From NCBI GenBank assembly GCA_965219095.1, contig CBDCMT010000001.1, forward strand, positions 832,001-896,000: 64,000 nt of DNA. Reading direction: 5' to 3'. The notes beneath the pieces are model-generated. The model was not told the origin of the DNA and did not search any database. It was given only the letters and a program-made list of their open reading frames with translations. Made by a program: the position numbers and the translations under genes. The stretch's first letter is position 1. Each line of letters opens with the position of its first letter. This document shows, in pieces, positions 1 to 10,864 of this stretch. The stretch is from Bdellovibrionales bacterium. GTDB taxonomy: Bacteria > Bdellovibrionota > Bdellovibrionia > Bdellovibrionales > UBA1609.

Positions 1-559
1 CTAAAGCCGTAAGATTTTCTCATAGTGAGTTTTACTTTGTTGTTTAAACCCTCTACAATCCCTGAGGAGAAGGCTTTTTTAGCCTTGAAGTAATTAAGAA
101 TAAGTAGCTTATGTCTTCGTATGGTTTTTGCTTCTCTTTTCATAGGTTCAATTTTTGAAAGCATGACTCGTTTCGTCCAACTGTCTATAAATTTACCAGC
201 CCAAGTTGGTGAAACATAGGTCCATAACTGTCGGAAGTCTTCTTTTAAAAAATAACAGCGGATACTTTTTAAATTGTACTGTATTAAATGCCTTAATTTT
301 ACTTTTTCATAAGATTTTAAATTTTCTGCATTTTTTAACAAGGGCCATCTAGCTTTTGTTAAAAGGGGTTCATACCCATCTTCTTTCATTTTTTTGTGTT
401 CTGAAGCTCTCACTTCGTCTAAAGCCTTATTGAGTCTTGCTACGATATGAAACCGATCTAATATATTCAAAGCTTGACTTGCCCTTTCCTTTATTACTTT
501 TAAATAGGGCTTCCACATATCAGAACACACAAACTGTATATCTTTTGACTTCTCTCCTA

Positions 560-1431
560 GGGCGTGTCCTCATTTGCCCAGACCTTTTTCAAGACCTTAG
601 CCGTGTTGAATATTTATAAAGATTGTAAAAAGCTCATAACAAAGGGAGGTGTTATGTTAAGAAAAGTTTTAACAGATTCTATGTGGAAGGATCTGGAAGC
701 TATTAGTAAGAGAGAAAGGCTGTTATCATTCAGCAAACAATAGAAATGTTATGGAAGCAATTTTATGGAAATTACGCACAGGCAGTCCGTGGCGTGATAT
801 TCCTGAACAGTTCTGTCCTTGGAAGAGAGCATATAATCGCTTTAATAGGTGGGCACAAAAAGGGTTATGGAATGATTTTTTTTTACTTTACAAGAAGAAG
901 TTGATACAGAGTGGGTGTCCATCGACGGAAGTTACGTATCGGTTCATCAGCATGCTAGTGGAGCTCGGCGTGGAGAAAGTCGTGCTGTAGGAAAATCTAG
1001 AGGTGGATCCACAACAAAAATACACATGGCCTCCGATGCGCATGGAAATCCACTCTGTTTTAAAATCACTGGGGGTGAAGTACACGACAGTCAAGTTGCA
1101 GGTGATTTAATTGATGAGTTTCGTAGTGAGTATTTGATTGCTGACAAGGCCTATGACTCGGATGAGATACGAGATAAGGCTCGTAGTAAGAAGATAAAGC
1201 CTGTGATACCGAGACGAAAAAATAGCAAAAAGAAAAATAAAGATTTTGATCGTCATATCTATAAATCTCGACATCAGATAGAAAACCTTTTTGCTCGTCT
1301 TAAGCATTTTAGAGGTATTGCCACTCGATTTGAAAAGCTTGCTAGAAATTTCAAAGCTATGCTATCTATAGCATGTATGTTTATTTGGCTTAAACTTCAA
1401 AGTAAAGGTCCAGTCAAATGAGGACACGCCC
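560..1431 (+). mobile_element. IS5-family (IS427-like, two-ORF) IS, copy 1; orfA 5' frameshifted
   Basis: 17-bp TIR GGGCGTGTCCTCATTTG/CAAATGAGGACACGCCC inserted at CTAG with TA duplication; orfA (LRTGSPWRDIP) and orfB (SIDGS, ADKAYD, IENLFARLK). Confidence 0.95.
915..1421 (+). CDS. IS5 transposase orfB (DDE domain)
   Basis: SIDGSYV, GGSTTKIH, ADKAYDS, RHQIENLFARLKHFR motifs. Confidence 0.9.
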   Translation: MSIDGSYVSVHQHASGARRGESRAVGKSRGGSTTKIHMASDAHGNPLCFKITGGEVHDSQVAGDLIDEFRSEYLIADKAYDSDEIRDKARSKKIKPVIPRRKNSKKKNKDFDRHIYKSRHQIENLFARLKHFRGIATRFEKLARNFKAMLSIACMFIWLKLQSKGPVK

Positions 1432-2671
1432 TAGTAAATCAAAGAATTTTCTAAAACTCTTTTCTGTTCTTTTTTCTCCTATCCATAGCAAACGAACACT
1501 TTCTTTGCTTATTTCATAGACTAAGGTGAGATACTGATGGTTCTTTTTCCATTGTATTTCATCTACACCTATAGCTTGTATTCCCTTTAAAACCCTTTGT
1601 TTTAAACCATATTCTACGACCCATTCTACCGAAGCATAGACCTGATTCCAACTGACATGAAACTTACAAGAAACCTCTTTCCAAGACAGGTGACGACACC
1701 AGTCAGCTAAGTACTTCATGTAAAAAATTGTTAGGTTTTTCTTCCCATCTGCCCAAGGTAAATACTCAACTTTTACTCCACAGCAAGAACAATTAACTCT
1801 TCTTACAAAATAAACAAAAAACACCCTGTAACTTAAAATAGGAAGGGATTCAAAGTCCCGTGATGATTTACTGCTGTCATACACTGAACAGGGCTTCTTA
1901 CAAACACTACAAAAATCTTGGCCATTTTTACGAGCCTTAATAGGAACATTAATTGACTTTCTATCTTTTGAAAAATAAATGTCTCCGTATACAAAAGACT
2001 TCCATCTTAAACAATCATTTAGTATAGTCTTCAAAAGCATCTCTTCCCTCCTTTTTTTTTTTTGAATAACATTTTAAGGCATCTGGGAAGTAGGTGCTTC
2101 TTTTTTAAAATTTTAATGTAACACAGCAAATAAAAGCAAATAAAATGAATGTTTTTGAGTTCAATCACCGGAGATGATAGAGGCCAGTAAGGGCCTCAAA
2201 GAACTCAAAAATACAAGATAGAATGTCTTACTCTTACTTTGATTAATATGAGCTCTTTTGGGGGATTTCTACTACTTTTCACCCACAGATTCCCGGGAGG
2301 AGCCCTACTTTTTTAAATCTTAAAGTTAATAGAACAAAACAGATAGATTTACTATGCTTAGATGTCCATCTCTAGCTTTTCTTATGGTTTTTAATGGCAT
2401 CTTTGTTTTCTCTTAATTCCTGTGCTTATCATTTCTAATGTCTAAATTTGTAGGTGAACTTTTTTTTAGTTGGGTCTTTTAAGTGGATCTGATTTTGTTA
2501 ATTAAGTCTTGCTTAACCTTCATTTTAAAAATAAGAACTGTCAAACAAGAATCTCAAAGAACGTAAGTTGGTTTCTTAAGAGCTTTTGACTCCTACGAGG
2601 AGGAGGATGTTTCGTAGATGCTTTTACCCACAGATTCTTTTGAAGAGGCAAAAACTTTAGTTGTGCTCTCT

Positions 2672-2710
2672 AAAAAGAGAGGCTGAAATCAAATTCCAGC
2701 CTCTCTTTTT
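2672..2710 (-). terminator. Intrinsic (possibly bidirectional) terminator
   Basis: AAAAAGAGAGGCTG...CAGCCTCTCTTTTT just after the stop of 2732-3565; inverted copy near 4179-4215. Confidence 0.75.
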
Positions 2711-2731
2711 AAGTATGATAGTTGTGTTGTT

Positions 2732-3565
2732 TTAATCTTCCCAAGAGTTAACACCATAAACATCAGAGGTTTGACCATTGTCATTTGTAAATTGAAGAAT
2801 ATAAGTACCTCTAAAAACAGAAACAAAAGTCTCTTTCTTTTCTACGTCATAAGTATGATTAACAGGCCGTCGTCCCCGTGAACGCCAGGAAATCTCAAGG
2901 TTTTCATCATCATAAGAATAATGTAGAGTTTCAACACTTCCATCTTCATTAAATCTTATAGTTTTAGCAAATTCATTGAGGTTTTTTGATGTCACATATT
3001 TACAGATAGTTTTTGTATCAGGACTACGATTTCTATCTGAAGCACACAATCTCTCAAAGCGTTTATTATAATGATTTGTATAAAGATCTTTGATCAGCAA
3101 ATCTTGCATTTTCTTGTTAGTAAGATCCAAATAAAGAGAGTACTTTTGACCTTGAGGATTGATCTTAATTTTGTCAAGATCGACGTTGACTAGAGTTTTT
3201 CCCTTCACTTCAATAAATTGACCTGTCACGCTATATGCTAAGGCATAAAGCCCTTTTTTAAGAGACACCTCTTTGTTTAATTCTTTTTTTGTTAAGTAAT
3301 GGCAACTATATTTTTTGGGAACCTCGAGAGTTCCTTCACAGGCAAAGATACCATATTCAGAATCTTGCCCTTCTCCTGGAACCCCATTAACCCTTAAAAT
3401 CCTTTCTAGAGGAGTTACTGCTAAGGGTGAAGCCTCCAGAAAGTGATGTGATTGTTCTAGTGAAGCTTGTAAAGTTAAGCTCTGAACTTCTCCTTCCACG
3501 ACGTCTCCATAAGAAAGTCCTCCTAAAGACATCAAAAATAAAAATGTTAGTATTAGTTTTTTCAT
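2732..3565 (-). CDS. Secreted hypothetical protein
   Basis: Signal peptide MKKLILTFLFLMSLGGLSYG, SD GGAGG upstream, terminator downstream. Confidence 0.8.
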   Translation of the reverse strand: MKKLILTFLFLMSLGGLSYGDVVEGEVQSLTLQASLEQSHHFLEASPLAVTPLERILRVNGVPGEGQDSEYGIFACEGTLEVPKKYSCHYLTKKELNKEVSLKKGLYALAYSVTGQFIEVKGKTLVNVDLDKIKINPQGQKYSLYLDLTNKKMQDLLIKDLYTNHYNKRFERLCASDRNRSPDTKTICKYVTSKNLNEFAKTIRFNEDGSVETLHYSYDDENLEISWRSRGRRPVNHTYDVEKKETFVSVFRGTYILQFTNDNGQTSDVYGVNSWED

Positions 3566-3833
3566 AACGTAAAATCCCTCCTTTTCTAATGTTTTTTCGT
3601 TATTTTGTTTCTTAAGCCCTATTTTCTAACCTACATAATAAAGGAAAAGACTCCTATCCTTTGTTAAAAGCATACCTTGTATGAAAAAAAAAAGAAGAGA
3701 TAACTTTTTGCGTTATGATTCTTCTTTAGGGGTGGTAAAGGGTTTTAAGCTAAAGTTTTAAAAACACAGTTAAACAAAATCTATTTTTTTCTACTTTTTT
3801 AAATCTTAAAGTTAATAGGACAAAACAGATAGA

Positions 3834-4157
3834 TTGTGTGCTTCAGATAGAAAACGTAGTCCTGATGTAAAAACTATGTGTAAATATATGATATCAAAAA
3901 ACTTTGATGAATATGCTAAAACTGTAAGATTTAATGAAGATGGAAGTTGGGAAGCTGCAGCTTATTTTTTTAATAGTAAAAGTAAAAAAATGAATTTATT
4001 CTGGGATTCAAAGGGACGATTGGCTGTTAGTCACACTTATGATGTAAAAAAGGAAGAGAATTTTGTTTCTGTTTTTAGGAATACTTATATTGTTCAATTT
4101 ACAGATGACAATGGTCAAACCTCTGATGTTTATGGTGTTAACTCTTGGGAAGATTAA
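3834..4157 (+). pseudogene. Silent or partial paralog of the C-terminal ~105 aa of 2732-3565, inverted
   Basis: CASDR..DNGQTSDVYGVNSWED shared; lacks N-terminus and signal peptide. Confidence 0.85.
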
Positions 4158-4325
4158 AACAACACAACTATCACACTTAAAAAGAGAGGCTGGAATTTGG
4201 TTTCAGCCTTTTTTCTTTTTAGAGAGCACAACTAAAGTTTTTACCTCTTCAAAAGAATCTGTGGATTCCCTGAGGTTCTGTCAGTTTTCCAATGCTGTGA
4301 TATAAGATATAATAGATAATACGCC

Positions 4326-4515
4326 CTAGATTCTTATCTTCATTTCACTTAAAAAATCAACAAAATTTATACATGTGACTTCTTCTTTTTGACATATTAA
4401 AGGTATTTTAAAGTGCGAAATGTTAGTAGGTTCTTGCCTTTGATCTCTTTCCTGTGTAACAACCGTAAAGCTATTTAATTTTGCATAAGCAATTAGCCTT
4501 ATGTCGTTTTCACTA
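4326..4515 (-). pseudogene. DUF4411-like PIN-domain protein, C-terminal fragment cut by IS630
   Basis: DIRLIAYAK..TVVTQE..KIPLIC..CINF pattern; the upstream part of the listed ORF is IS630 TIR sequence. Confidence 0.6.
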
Positions 4516-5961
4516 GTGTTCTGACCAGTAATTTTTTTCACAATTTTCAAGCCTTTAATCCAGGTCATTTTATTTATTTTTTTTTTATGTTTTAATACTC
4601 ATATGTTAAATTTATTAAAGCCAAAAGATAAGAGAGAAATTCTTAAAATTATAAAGAAGTCTAAAAATCCAAGAGCCATATATCGAGCCAATGTTCTAAA
4701 CTTAAGGAACAAAAATTTAACTGCCGTAGAGGCGTCAGATTACTTAGAGATAACTCCTAGAACTGTTTTCAACATCCAAAAAAACTATGAGAATTCTGGG
4801 CTGAAAAAAGCTCTTGAAGATGATCCTCGTCCTTGAAAACCTCCAAAGTTTGATGATCGCATAAAGTCAAAGATTATAGCTATAGTCTGCTCAGATCCTC
4901 CGGAGGGCTTTGATCGATGGACTTTAGAGCTCATTAAAGAGAGGGCAGAAAAAAACAAGATTGTAGACTCTATTAGCAAAGAAAAAGTTAGGATTATTCT
5001 TTTAGAACATGATCTAAAACCTTGGCAACAGAAGAGTTGGTGTGTACCAGAGCTTAATGATGAATTTATAGAGAGGATGGAGGATGTTTTGAAAGTGTAT
5101 GAGAAGCCTCCGATTAAAGGAAAGCCTGTTGTGTGTATTGATGAAAAGCCTCTTCAGTTACTTGATGATGTTCGTCCTCCATCGGGTTGTCGTCCCTCGG
5201 AAGTAAAAAAAGTAGATTATGAGTATAAAAGAGAGGGTACAGCAAATGTTTTCTGTGCTGTGGAGCCTAAGAGAGGTTTTTATATGAATAAGGTAACAGA
5301 GAGAAGGATAGGTCCGGATTTTGCTAAGTTTTTATCTTCTGTTGAGAGACATTATTCTGATTCCAAGAAGATTGTTCTAGTTATGGATAATTTGAACACT
5401 CATAGAAAAAAAAGTCTTACTGATTTTTATGGAACAGAGCGAGGTTTGCATCTATGGTCTCGCTTTGAGGTTCATTATACTCCGAGTCATGGAAGTTGGT
5501 TAAATCAAGCAGAAATTGCAATCAATATGTACTCTCGTCAATGTTTAGGAAAATCAAGAATACCTGACATAGAAACTTTAAGAAAAAGAACCAAGGCTTG
5601 GGTGAATATTATGAACAGACGGAAGATTATAATAAAATGGAATTTTTCAAGAAAATCAGCCAGAGAAAAGTTCCATTATAAAAAATGAGACGAGCCTGTA
5701 AGAGCCTGTAAACTAAATTGTATATAAACATTAGAAAATCATATCTTTCCAATGAATTTGATACACTCTTTACCCATACTTAAAAGTTATAAATTTCTAG
5801 AAGTAAAAATCCAAACTTATACATGAAAATGTAGAATTAACTTTTGGAATTGGTATAACTCTAAACATTTCACTTTTATTCTTTTTAATATAAAAATAAT
5901 TTAATAAAATGACCTGGATTAAAGGCTTGAAAATTGTGAAAAAATTTACTGGTCAGAACAC
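4516..5961 (+). mobile_element. IS630-family element A; transposase 4603-5688 with a nonsense codon at 4834
   Basis: ~57-bp TIRs (GTGTTCTGACCAGTAA..), TA duplication at CTAG; DEKP, MDNL and SWLNQAE motifs; the copy near 28660 has GGA at the same codon. Confidence 0.95.
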
Positions 5962-5963
5962 TA

Positions 5964-7240
5964 GTACAGCATAACCTTAAATTTCAATATATTTGACTTG
6001 TATTTTTGTTGTTCCTATAATATTTGTTGTAGTTTAATAAAAAGTCCAAGGAGGGGATATGAGATCAAAGATGAAATTAAAAACAAAGGTAAGAGCAAAT
6101 CCAAAAGCAAAAAGAAAGCCAAAAGTAAGGATAAAGTTAAAGAGTTCAGAGAAGACAAAATTAGAGAGGATGTTGAAGAAGGGAGTGAATCAGTCTCGAG
6201 TTTTAACACGAGCAAGGGTTTTACTTTTAAGCCATCAAGGGAAGGGTTCCACAGAGGTTTGTGAGATTCTTGGAGTGAGAACTTTAAGAACTATTCAAAA
6301 TATCAAAGAAGGGTACTTGAAGGGAGGATTAGGGAGAGCACTTTATGATGCTCCTCGTCCTGGAAAGCCTCCTAAGTTTACAGGGAAGCAAAGGACGAAG
6401 ATTACGAGTTTAGCTTGTACGAAAGCTCCTGAAGGTTATGGTCGATGGAGTTTACAGATGCTATCTGATAAGTTGGTTGAGTTAAATGTTGTAGACTCTA
6501 TTTCTCACACCCATGTGGGTCGTATATTAAAAAAAACGAAGTCAAACCTCATTTAAAAAGACAGTGGTGTTTAAGCAAGATCGATTCTCATTTTATTTGC
6601 CAAATGGAGTCTGTTTTAGAAGTTTATGAAAGAAAGCTAGATTCTAATCGTCCTGTTCTTTGTTTTGATGAGCGTCCTTGTCAATTGATAGAAGATGTTT
6701 TAATGCCAGTTCCTGTAAGCCCTGGAAAAGAAAAAAGAGAGGATTATCATTACAAAAGAAATGGAACCTGTGTTGTGTTCTTAGCCATAGAGCCATTGAG
6801 TGGAAGAAGAATTGTAGAGGTAAGAAAGAGAAAAACAAAGAAAGATTATGCTCTTTTCATGAGAAAAATGTCCTTATATTATAAGGACGTAGACAAGATC
6901 ACATTGATACAAGATAATTTAAACACTCACAATGGCTCTTCTTTTTATGAGAACATGCCAGCTCAAAAGGCCTTGGAGTTAAAAAATAGACTTGAGATGA
7001 TTTATACTCCTAAAAAGGCCAGTTGGTTAAATATGGCAGAAATCGAGTTTTCGGCTCTTTCAAAGCAATGTTTAAACCGACGTATAGGAAGTTTTGAACA
7101 ACTAAAAAAAGAAGTAGAAACTTGGACCCGTAAGAGAAACAAAGATAGAATCAAAATCAATTGGCAGTTTACAAATAATAAGGCTAGAAATAAGTTTAAG
7201 AGGCATTATGAAAATATTAAAATTTAATGTTATGCTGTAC
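5964..7240 (+). mobile_element. IS630-family element B, apparently intact
   Basis: TIR GTACAGCATAAC/GTTATGCTGTAC, TA flanks; ORFs 6059-6556 and 6604-7227 with A9 slippery run at ~6529-6537. Confidence 0.95.
6059..7227 (+). CDS. IS630 transposase, likely -1 programmed frameshift
   Basis: HTH orfA ends ILKKT at TTAAAAAAAAAC; orfB has DERP, QDNLNTH and SWLNMAE. Confidence 0.85.
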
Positions 7241-7412
7241 TAGTAAGTTGATTTTGGAGGTTTTTAAAAACCAGGGGAAAGCTTGAAAAGGATAAAAATC
7301 TGGAGGAAAAGATAGATCTATTTTTAAAAAAAATAAAATCCGGTATGGTTTCTCAGGGTGTATAACTATTACAGTTAAAAAGAAGGTCTCTTATAGAAGA
7401 AGTTTAAGTTTT

Positions 7413-9500
7413 TTACATCTCTTCAACAACAGAGATTCCAAGAAGAAGAAGACCTTCTTTAAGAACTTTTGCTGTATCAGAACAAAGTTCAATCCTGCTC
7501 CTATGAATTGGTTCGAGAATTGGTTTGAGAATAGGGCATTCAGCATAGAATTGGTTAAAATCTTTGCATAAACGAAAGAGATAAATACATAAAAGTTGAG
7601 GGGATAATTGCTCTACAGATCTTTCAAAAGCTTCATTGTAAAGACTTAAATCTTGTAGTAGAAAATGTTCTTTTTTGTGACAGAGAGAAGAGCGATTAAG
7701 TATTGGCAAATTCGCTATGAGGGGTTTAGATCTTCTCAGAATGGATTGGATTCTAGCATAGGTATAAAGTAAGTAAGGGCCTGTGTTTCCATGTAAAGAA
7801 AGCCATTCTTTCATGTTAAACACAATATTTTTTTGGTTGTCTTGATTCAGCATGCCGTATTTTATAGTTGCAATAGCAATTTTGCGAGCTGTTTCTTTGA
7901 TCTTATCTTCAGTCCATTCTTCTTTATATTTTTTTAAGTGTTCTCTTTCAATGGTTTCCATAAGTTGATTTTTTAATTCTGAGAAATAAATGGTATTACC
8001 TTTTCTGGAACTCATTTTTCCATCAGGCCCTTCCACTTTACCATAATCTAAGTGGTAACATTTATTTGTATCTTTATAGCCGAGTTTTTCCAAGGTTTTA
8101 AAGACTTGCTTGAAATAAAGAGACTGACCTTGATCAACAATATAAATGTACTGATCAGAAGGGTATTTGAGGAATTTTGAATGAGCTAGAGCAATGTCTT
8201 TTGTAGAATAAAGGGAGTTTCCATCAGATTTAAGCAGTATAAAAAAAGGAAGATTTTCAAATTTAATACCTATAGATCCTTCGTCTTTTTTTAAAAGGTT
8301 TTTTTTATAAGCTTTTAAGATTAAATCTTTTCCTAGTTGACTCATTTTTGATTCACAAAAGTAATGGTCAAAATGAACATCCATCCATGAATAGATCTCA
8401 CGAAATTCTTCCATACACCATTTTGTTGTCTTTTCCCATAGGATTGTAATTTCTGTATCCTTATTCTCTAATTTTTGAAGTATTTCTGACACTTCTTTTT
8501 TATTTTTTTCATAAAGACTTAAAATATCTTGTCCCTTGAACTTTTCATGAGAAAAAAATTGAGCTAAATCTACACCTACCTCCATATCAAAAGGAAGTTT
8601 GAATGTTTTATCATAAGAATCACTCCTTTGAGCATCCTGCTCACTTAAAATCATTCCTTCACTTTTTATTCCTTCTTTTTGCATAACTCCTACTCGTCGT
8701 CCCTTCACTTGAGCATGGACTTGAGCATAGGCTACCATTTCATTTTCCTTTAAGTCCTTAAGGTTATGGATGACTGTTTTTATACCTTTTTTTGTACCTA
8801 AATTGATAATATACCGGTTTTTACAAGGTTTTATATTGAGAACTTTTGCAGAAACAATGTTTAAAAACGGAAAGCTTGTAAAGTAAGATAAATCAAGGAG
8901 GAGGGAGGCTTTGACATAGAGACGACCTAAAAACTCACCTCGATGTTGCTTAGGGATTTTGCCTTTAAAATGCTTGAGATAATACCATAAAAACTTAGCA
9001 ATATGAGAGCCCTCATCTCCAATGTAATTGACGGCTAAAACCTCTGCCCCCTTTTTTTTAAGTAAGCGACACACACTATCTCCTAAACTTATGTTTCTTG
9101 TATGCCCTACATGGAAGGCTTTATGGGTGTTTGGTTGAGAGTACTCCACTAAAATTTTTAATTTCTTTTTTGTTTTCGATTCAAAAAAAGTACCTTTTTT
9201 GATTTGTTCATTTAGCTTTTGAGCTAAGTGATCGGTTTTGTACTCAAAGTTAAGATAAGGACCTATAGCCTTAATCTTTTTAAGAAAGCCTAGAGTGTTT
9301 TGTTTTTTTGAGAGAATTTCTTCCAACTCCAAAGCTATGAGAGGAGGAGATTTTTTGAGTTTTTTAGAGAGAGTGAAGCAGGCAAAAGCTATATCCCCAA
9401 ACTCTCTTTTTTTAGGCTTTTGAAGCAAAGGTTCTATGCTTGAAAGTTCAAGACAGAGTGTTTTTGAAATAAAACAAGCAAGCTCTTTTTTTAAAAGCAT
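7413..9500 (-). CDS. argS: Arginine--tRNA ligase with inserted OB-fold tRNA-binding domain
   Basis: VEYSQPNTHKAFHVGH (HIGH), KMSSRKGN, GNTGPYLLYTYARIQSILRR, C-terminal EEM. Confidence 0.95.
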   Translation of the reverse strand: MLLKKELACFISKTLCLELSSIEPLLQKPKKREFGDIAFACFTLSKKLKKSPPLIALELEEILSKKQNTLGFLKKIKAIGPYLNFEYKTDHLAQKLNEQIKKGTFFESKTKKKLKILVEYSQPNTHKAFHVGHTRNISLGDSVCRLLKKKGAEVLAVNYIGDEGSHIAKFLWYYLKHFKGKIPKQHRGEFLGRLYVKASLLLDLSYFTSFPFLNIVSAKVLNIKPCKNRYIINLGTKKGIKTVIHNLKDLKENEMVAYAQVHAQVKGRRVGVMQKEGIKSEGMILSEQDAQRSDSYDKTFKLPFDMEVGVDLAQFFSHEKFKGQDILSLYEKNKKEVSEILQKLENKDTEITILWEKTTKWCMEEFREIYSWMDVHFDHYFCESKMSQLGKDLILKAYKKNLLKKDEGSIGIKFENLPFFILLKSDGNSLYSTKDIALAHSKFLKYPSDQYIYIVDQGQSLYFKQVFKTLEKLGYKDTNKCYHLDYGKVEGPDGKMSSRKGNTIYFSELKNQLMETIEREHLKKYKEEWTEDKIKETARKIAIATIKYGMLNQDNQKNIVFNMKEWLSLHGNTGPYLLYTYARIQSILRRSKPLIANLPILNRSSLCHKKEHFLLQDLSLYNEAFERSVEQLSPQLLCIYLFRLCKDFNQFYAECPILKPILEPIHRSRIELCSDTAKVLKEGLLLLGISVVEEM

Positions 9501-9585
9501 AGAAAGCCCCTTAAAATTGCTTTATGCAATAATTTAACATAATTTTATTGAAAAGTCTCATTTTTTGTGTGAGATAAAAAAAGAT

Positions 9586-10575
9586 ATGTCTAAATTTCTT
9601 TTTTTCCTTTGTTTTCTTGTGTATTTGATGATTTTAATAGGAGGGCTTACCCGCTTGACTCAATCAGGGCTTTCTATGGTGAACTGGGATGTGATTATGG
9701 GAGTGATTCCTCCTTTGAACGAAAGTCAATGGCAGGAGTCTTTCAAAGCTTATCAAAACTACCCCCAGTATCAAAAGGATTTTCCCCACATGACTCTTCT
9801 AGAGTATAAGAGGATTTTTTACTGGGAATATGCTCATCGTCTTTTAGGGAGGGTTTTGGGACTTTTTTATTTTTTTGGACTTATGATTTTTTCTTTTAGA
9901 AAAAATCATTCTTTTTCTTTGAAACTTTCTTTATGGGGAGGGTTTTTCCTACTTTCTTTTCAAGGGCTTTTAGGTTGGTATATGGTTAAAAGCGGACTTA
10001 TTGATAAACCAGAAGTAAGCTCTTATCGTTTGACCACTCATTTGGGTTTAGCATTTTTTATTTTTGGCTTTCTTTTTTGGATGGGACTTAGGGAAATCTA
10101 CCCTTCTTTGATAAAGAGAAAAAAACATCTATCTTTTATGATTCTTACAGGGTTTTGTTTTTTACAAATTCTTTACGGAGGTTTTATGGCAGGTCTTAAG
10201 GCAGGAAAAGTGTATAATACTTTTCCTGCCATGCATGGGAGGTTTTGGCCTTACTTTGAGACAAGTCTTCCTGTGGAAAGATGGTTTTTTGAAGAAAAAG
10301 CTATCGTGCAATTCATCCATAGAGGTTTGGCTTGGTTGTTGGCTTTTTTGTTAATTTTTATTAGCTTTAAGCTTTTTAAAACTTTATCCTCTTTTTTAAA
10401 GCGTGTTCTTATTATCACTCAGATTTTGTTTGTCACACAGTTTATTTTAGGGGTTTTAACCCTTCTGTTTTATGTTCCTTTATCTTTATCTGTGATTCAT
10501 CAAAGCTTAGGTTTTTTTACTTTCTTAAGCTTTTTATTTTTAACGTTTAAAGTCAGAAAGAGAAAAAATTTCTAA
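9586..10575 (+). CDS. ctaA: Heme A synthase (COX15/CtaA type 2)
   Basis: GGLTRLTQSGLSM, EYAHRLLGR, GWYMVKSGL, QFIHR; start placed at the first ATG. Confidence 0.93.
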   Translation: MSKFLFFLCFLVYLMILIGGLTRLTQSGLSMVNWDVIMGVIPPLNESQWQESFKAYQNYPQYQKDFPHMTLLEYKRIFYWEYAHRLLGRVLGLFYFFGLMIFSFRKNHSFSLKLSLWGGFFLLSFQGLLGWYMVKSGLIDKPEVSSYRLTTHLGLAFFIFGFLFWMGLREIYPSLIKRKKHLSFMILTGFCFLQILYGGFMAGLKAGKVYNTFPAMHGRFWPYFETSLPVERWFFEEKAIVQFIHRGLAWLLAFLLIFISFKLFKTLSSFLKRVLIITQILFVTQFILGVLTLLFYVPLSLSVIHQSLGFFTFLSFLFLTFKVRKRKNF

Positions 10576-10864
10576 TAGAAGCTATAAGCTTTTATTAGAA
10601 ATCTCATGTTTTTCAGTTAAGACCTCCTACTAAGGTTCTGATGAGCTTACTATGTAAAATTTACATTATAAGTGTCTTTTTACAGAGGTAAAATTAGTAT
10701 ATTCTTTTCTTTAGGAGGGCTTCTAAAGAGTGGAATCTTCCATATACATGGCCCCTTATGAAAGAACTTTTGATATGAAAGTTCAAAAGGGATCTCTTAT
10801 GGAAGCGTAAAGACTTGATGCTTAAGAAAAGAGAATATATTGATTGCAAAACCTTTAAAGATTT

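Larger units (their letters stand above)
1..2040 (-). pseudogene. ISL3 transposase split by IS5 insertion
   Basis: ORF 2040-1432 (..FFDLLG) rejoins in frame below ~559 (ERSQKIQFVCSDMWKPY..DRFHIV..) when 560-1431 and one TA copy are removed. Confidence 0.9.
1..2304 (-). mobile_element. ISL3-family IS (right part beyond window start), interrupted by an IS5 element
   Basis: Terminus GGCTCCTCCCGGGAATCTGTGGGT at 2304-2281; transposase has zinc-finger CxxC pairs, IGVDE, DRFHIV and EGLNNKVK motifs. Confidence 0.9.

Noticed and set aside
437..619. Short ORF-track entries antisense to or overlapping real genes and ISs (this one, 888-1094, 5998-6264, 25291-25506, 47318-47635, 59248-59550 and similar)
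   Set aside because: Shadow ORFs with no motifs or ribosome-binding sites.
2732..4157. DGR template/variable repeat pair
   Set aside because: Differences are not adenine-specific, include indels, and no reverse transcriptase is in the window.
4834..4836. In-frame TGA where another copy has GGA (possible TGA=Gly recoding)
   Set aside because: TGA ends core genes here (purM, purS, purQ, infB); this is a simple nonsense mutation.
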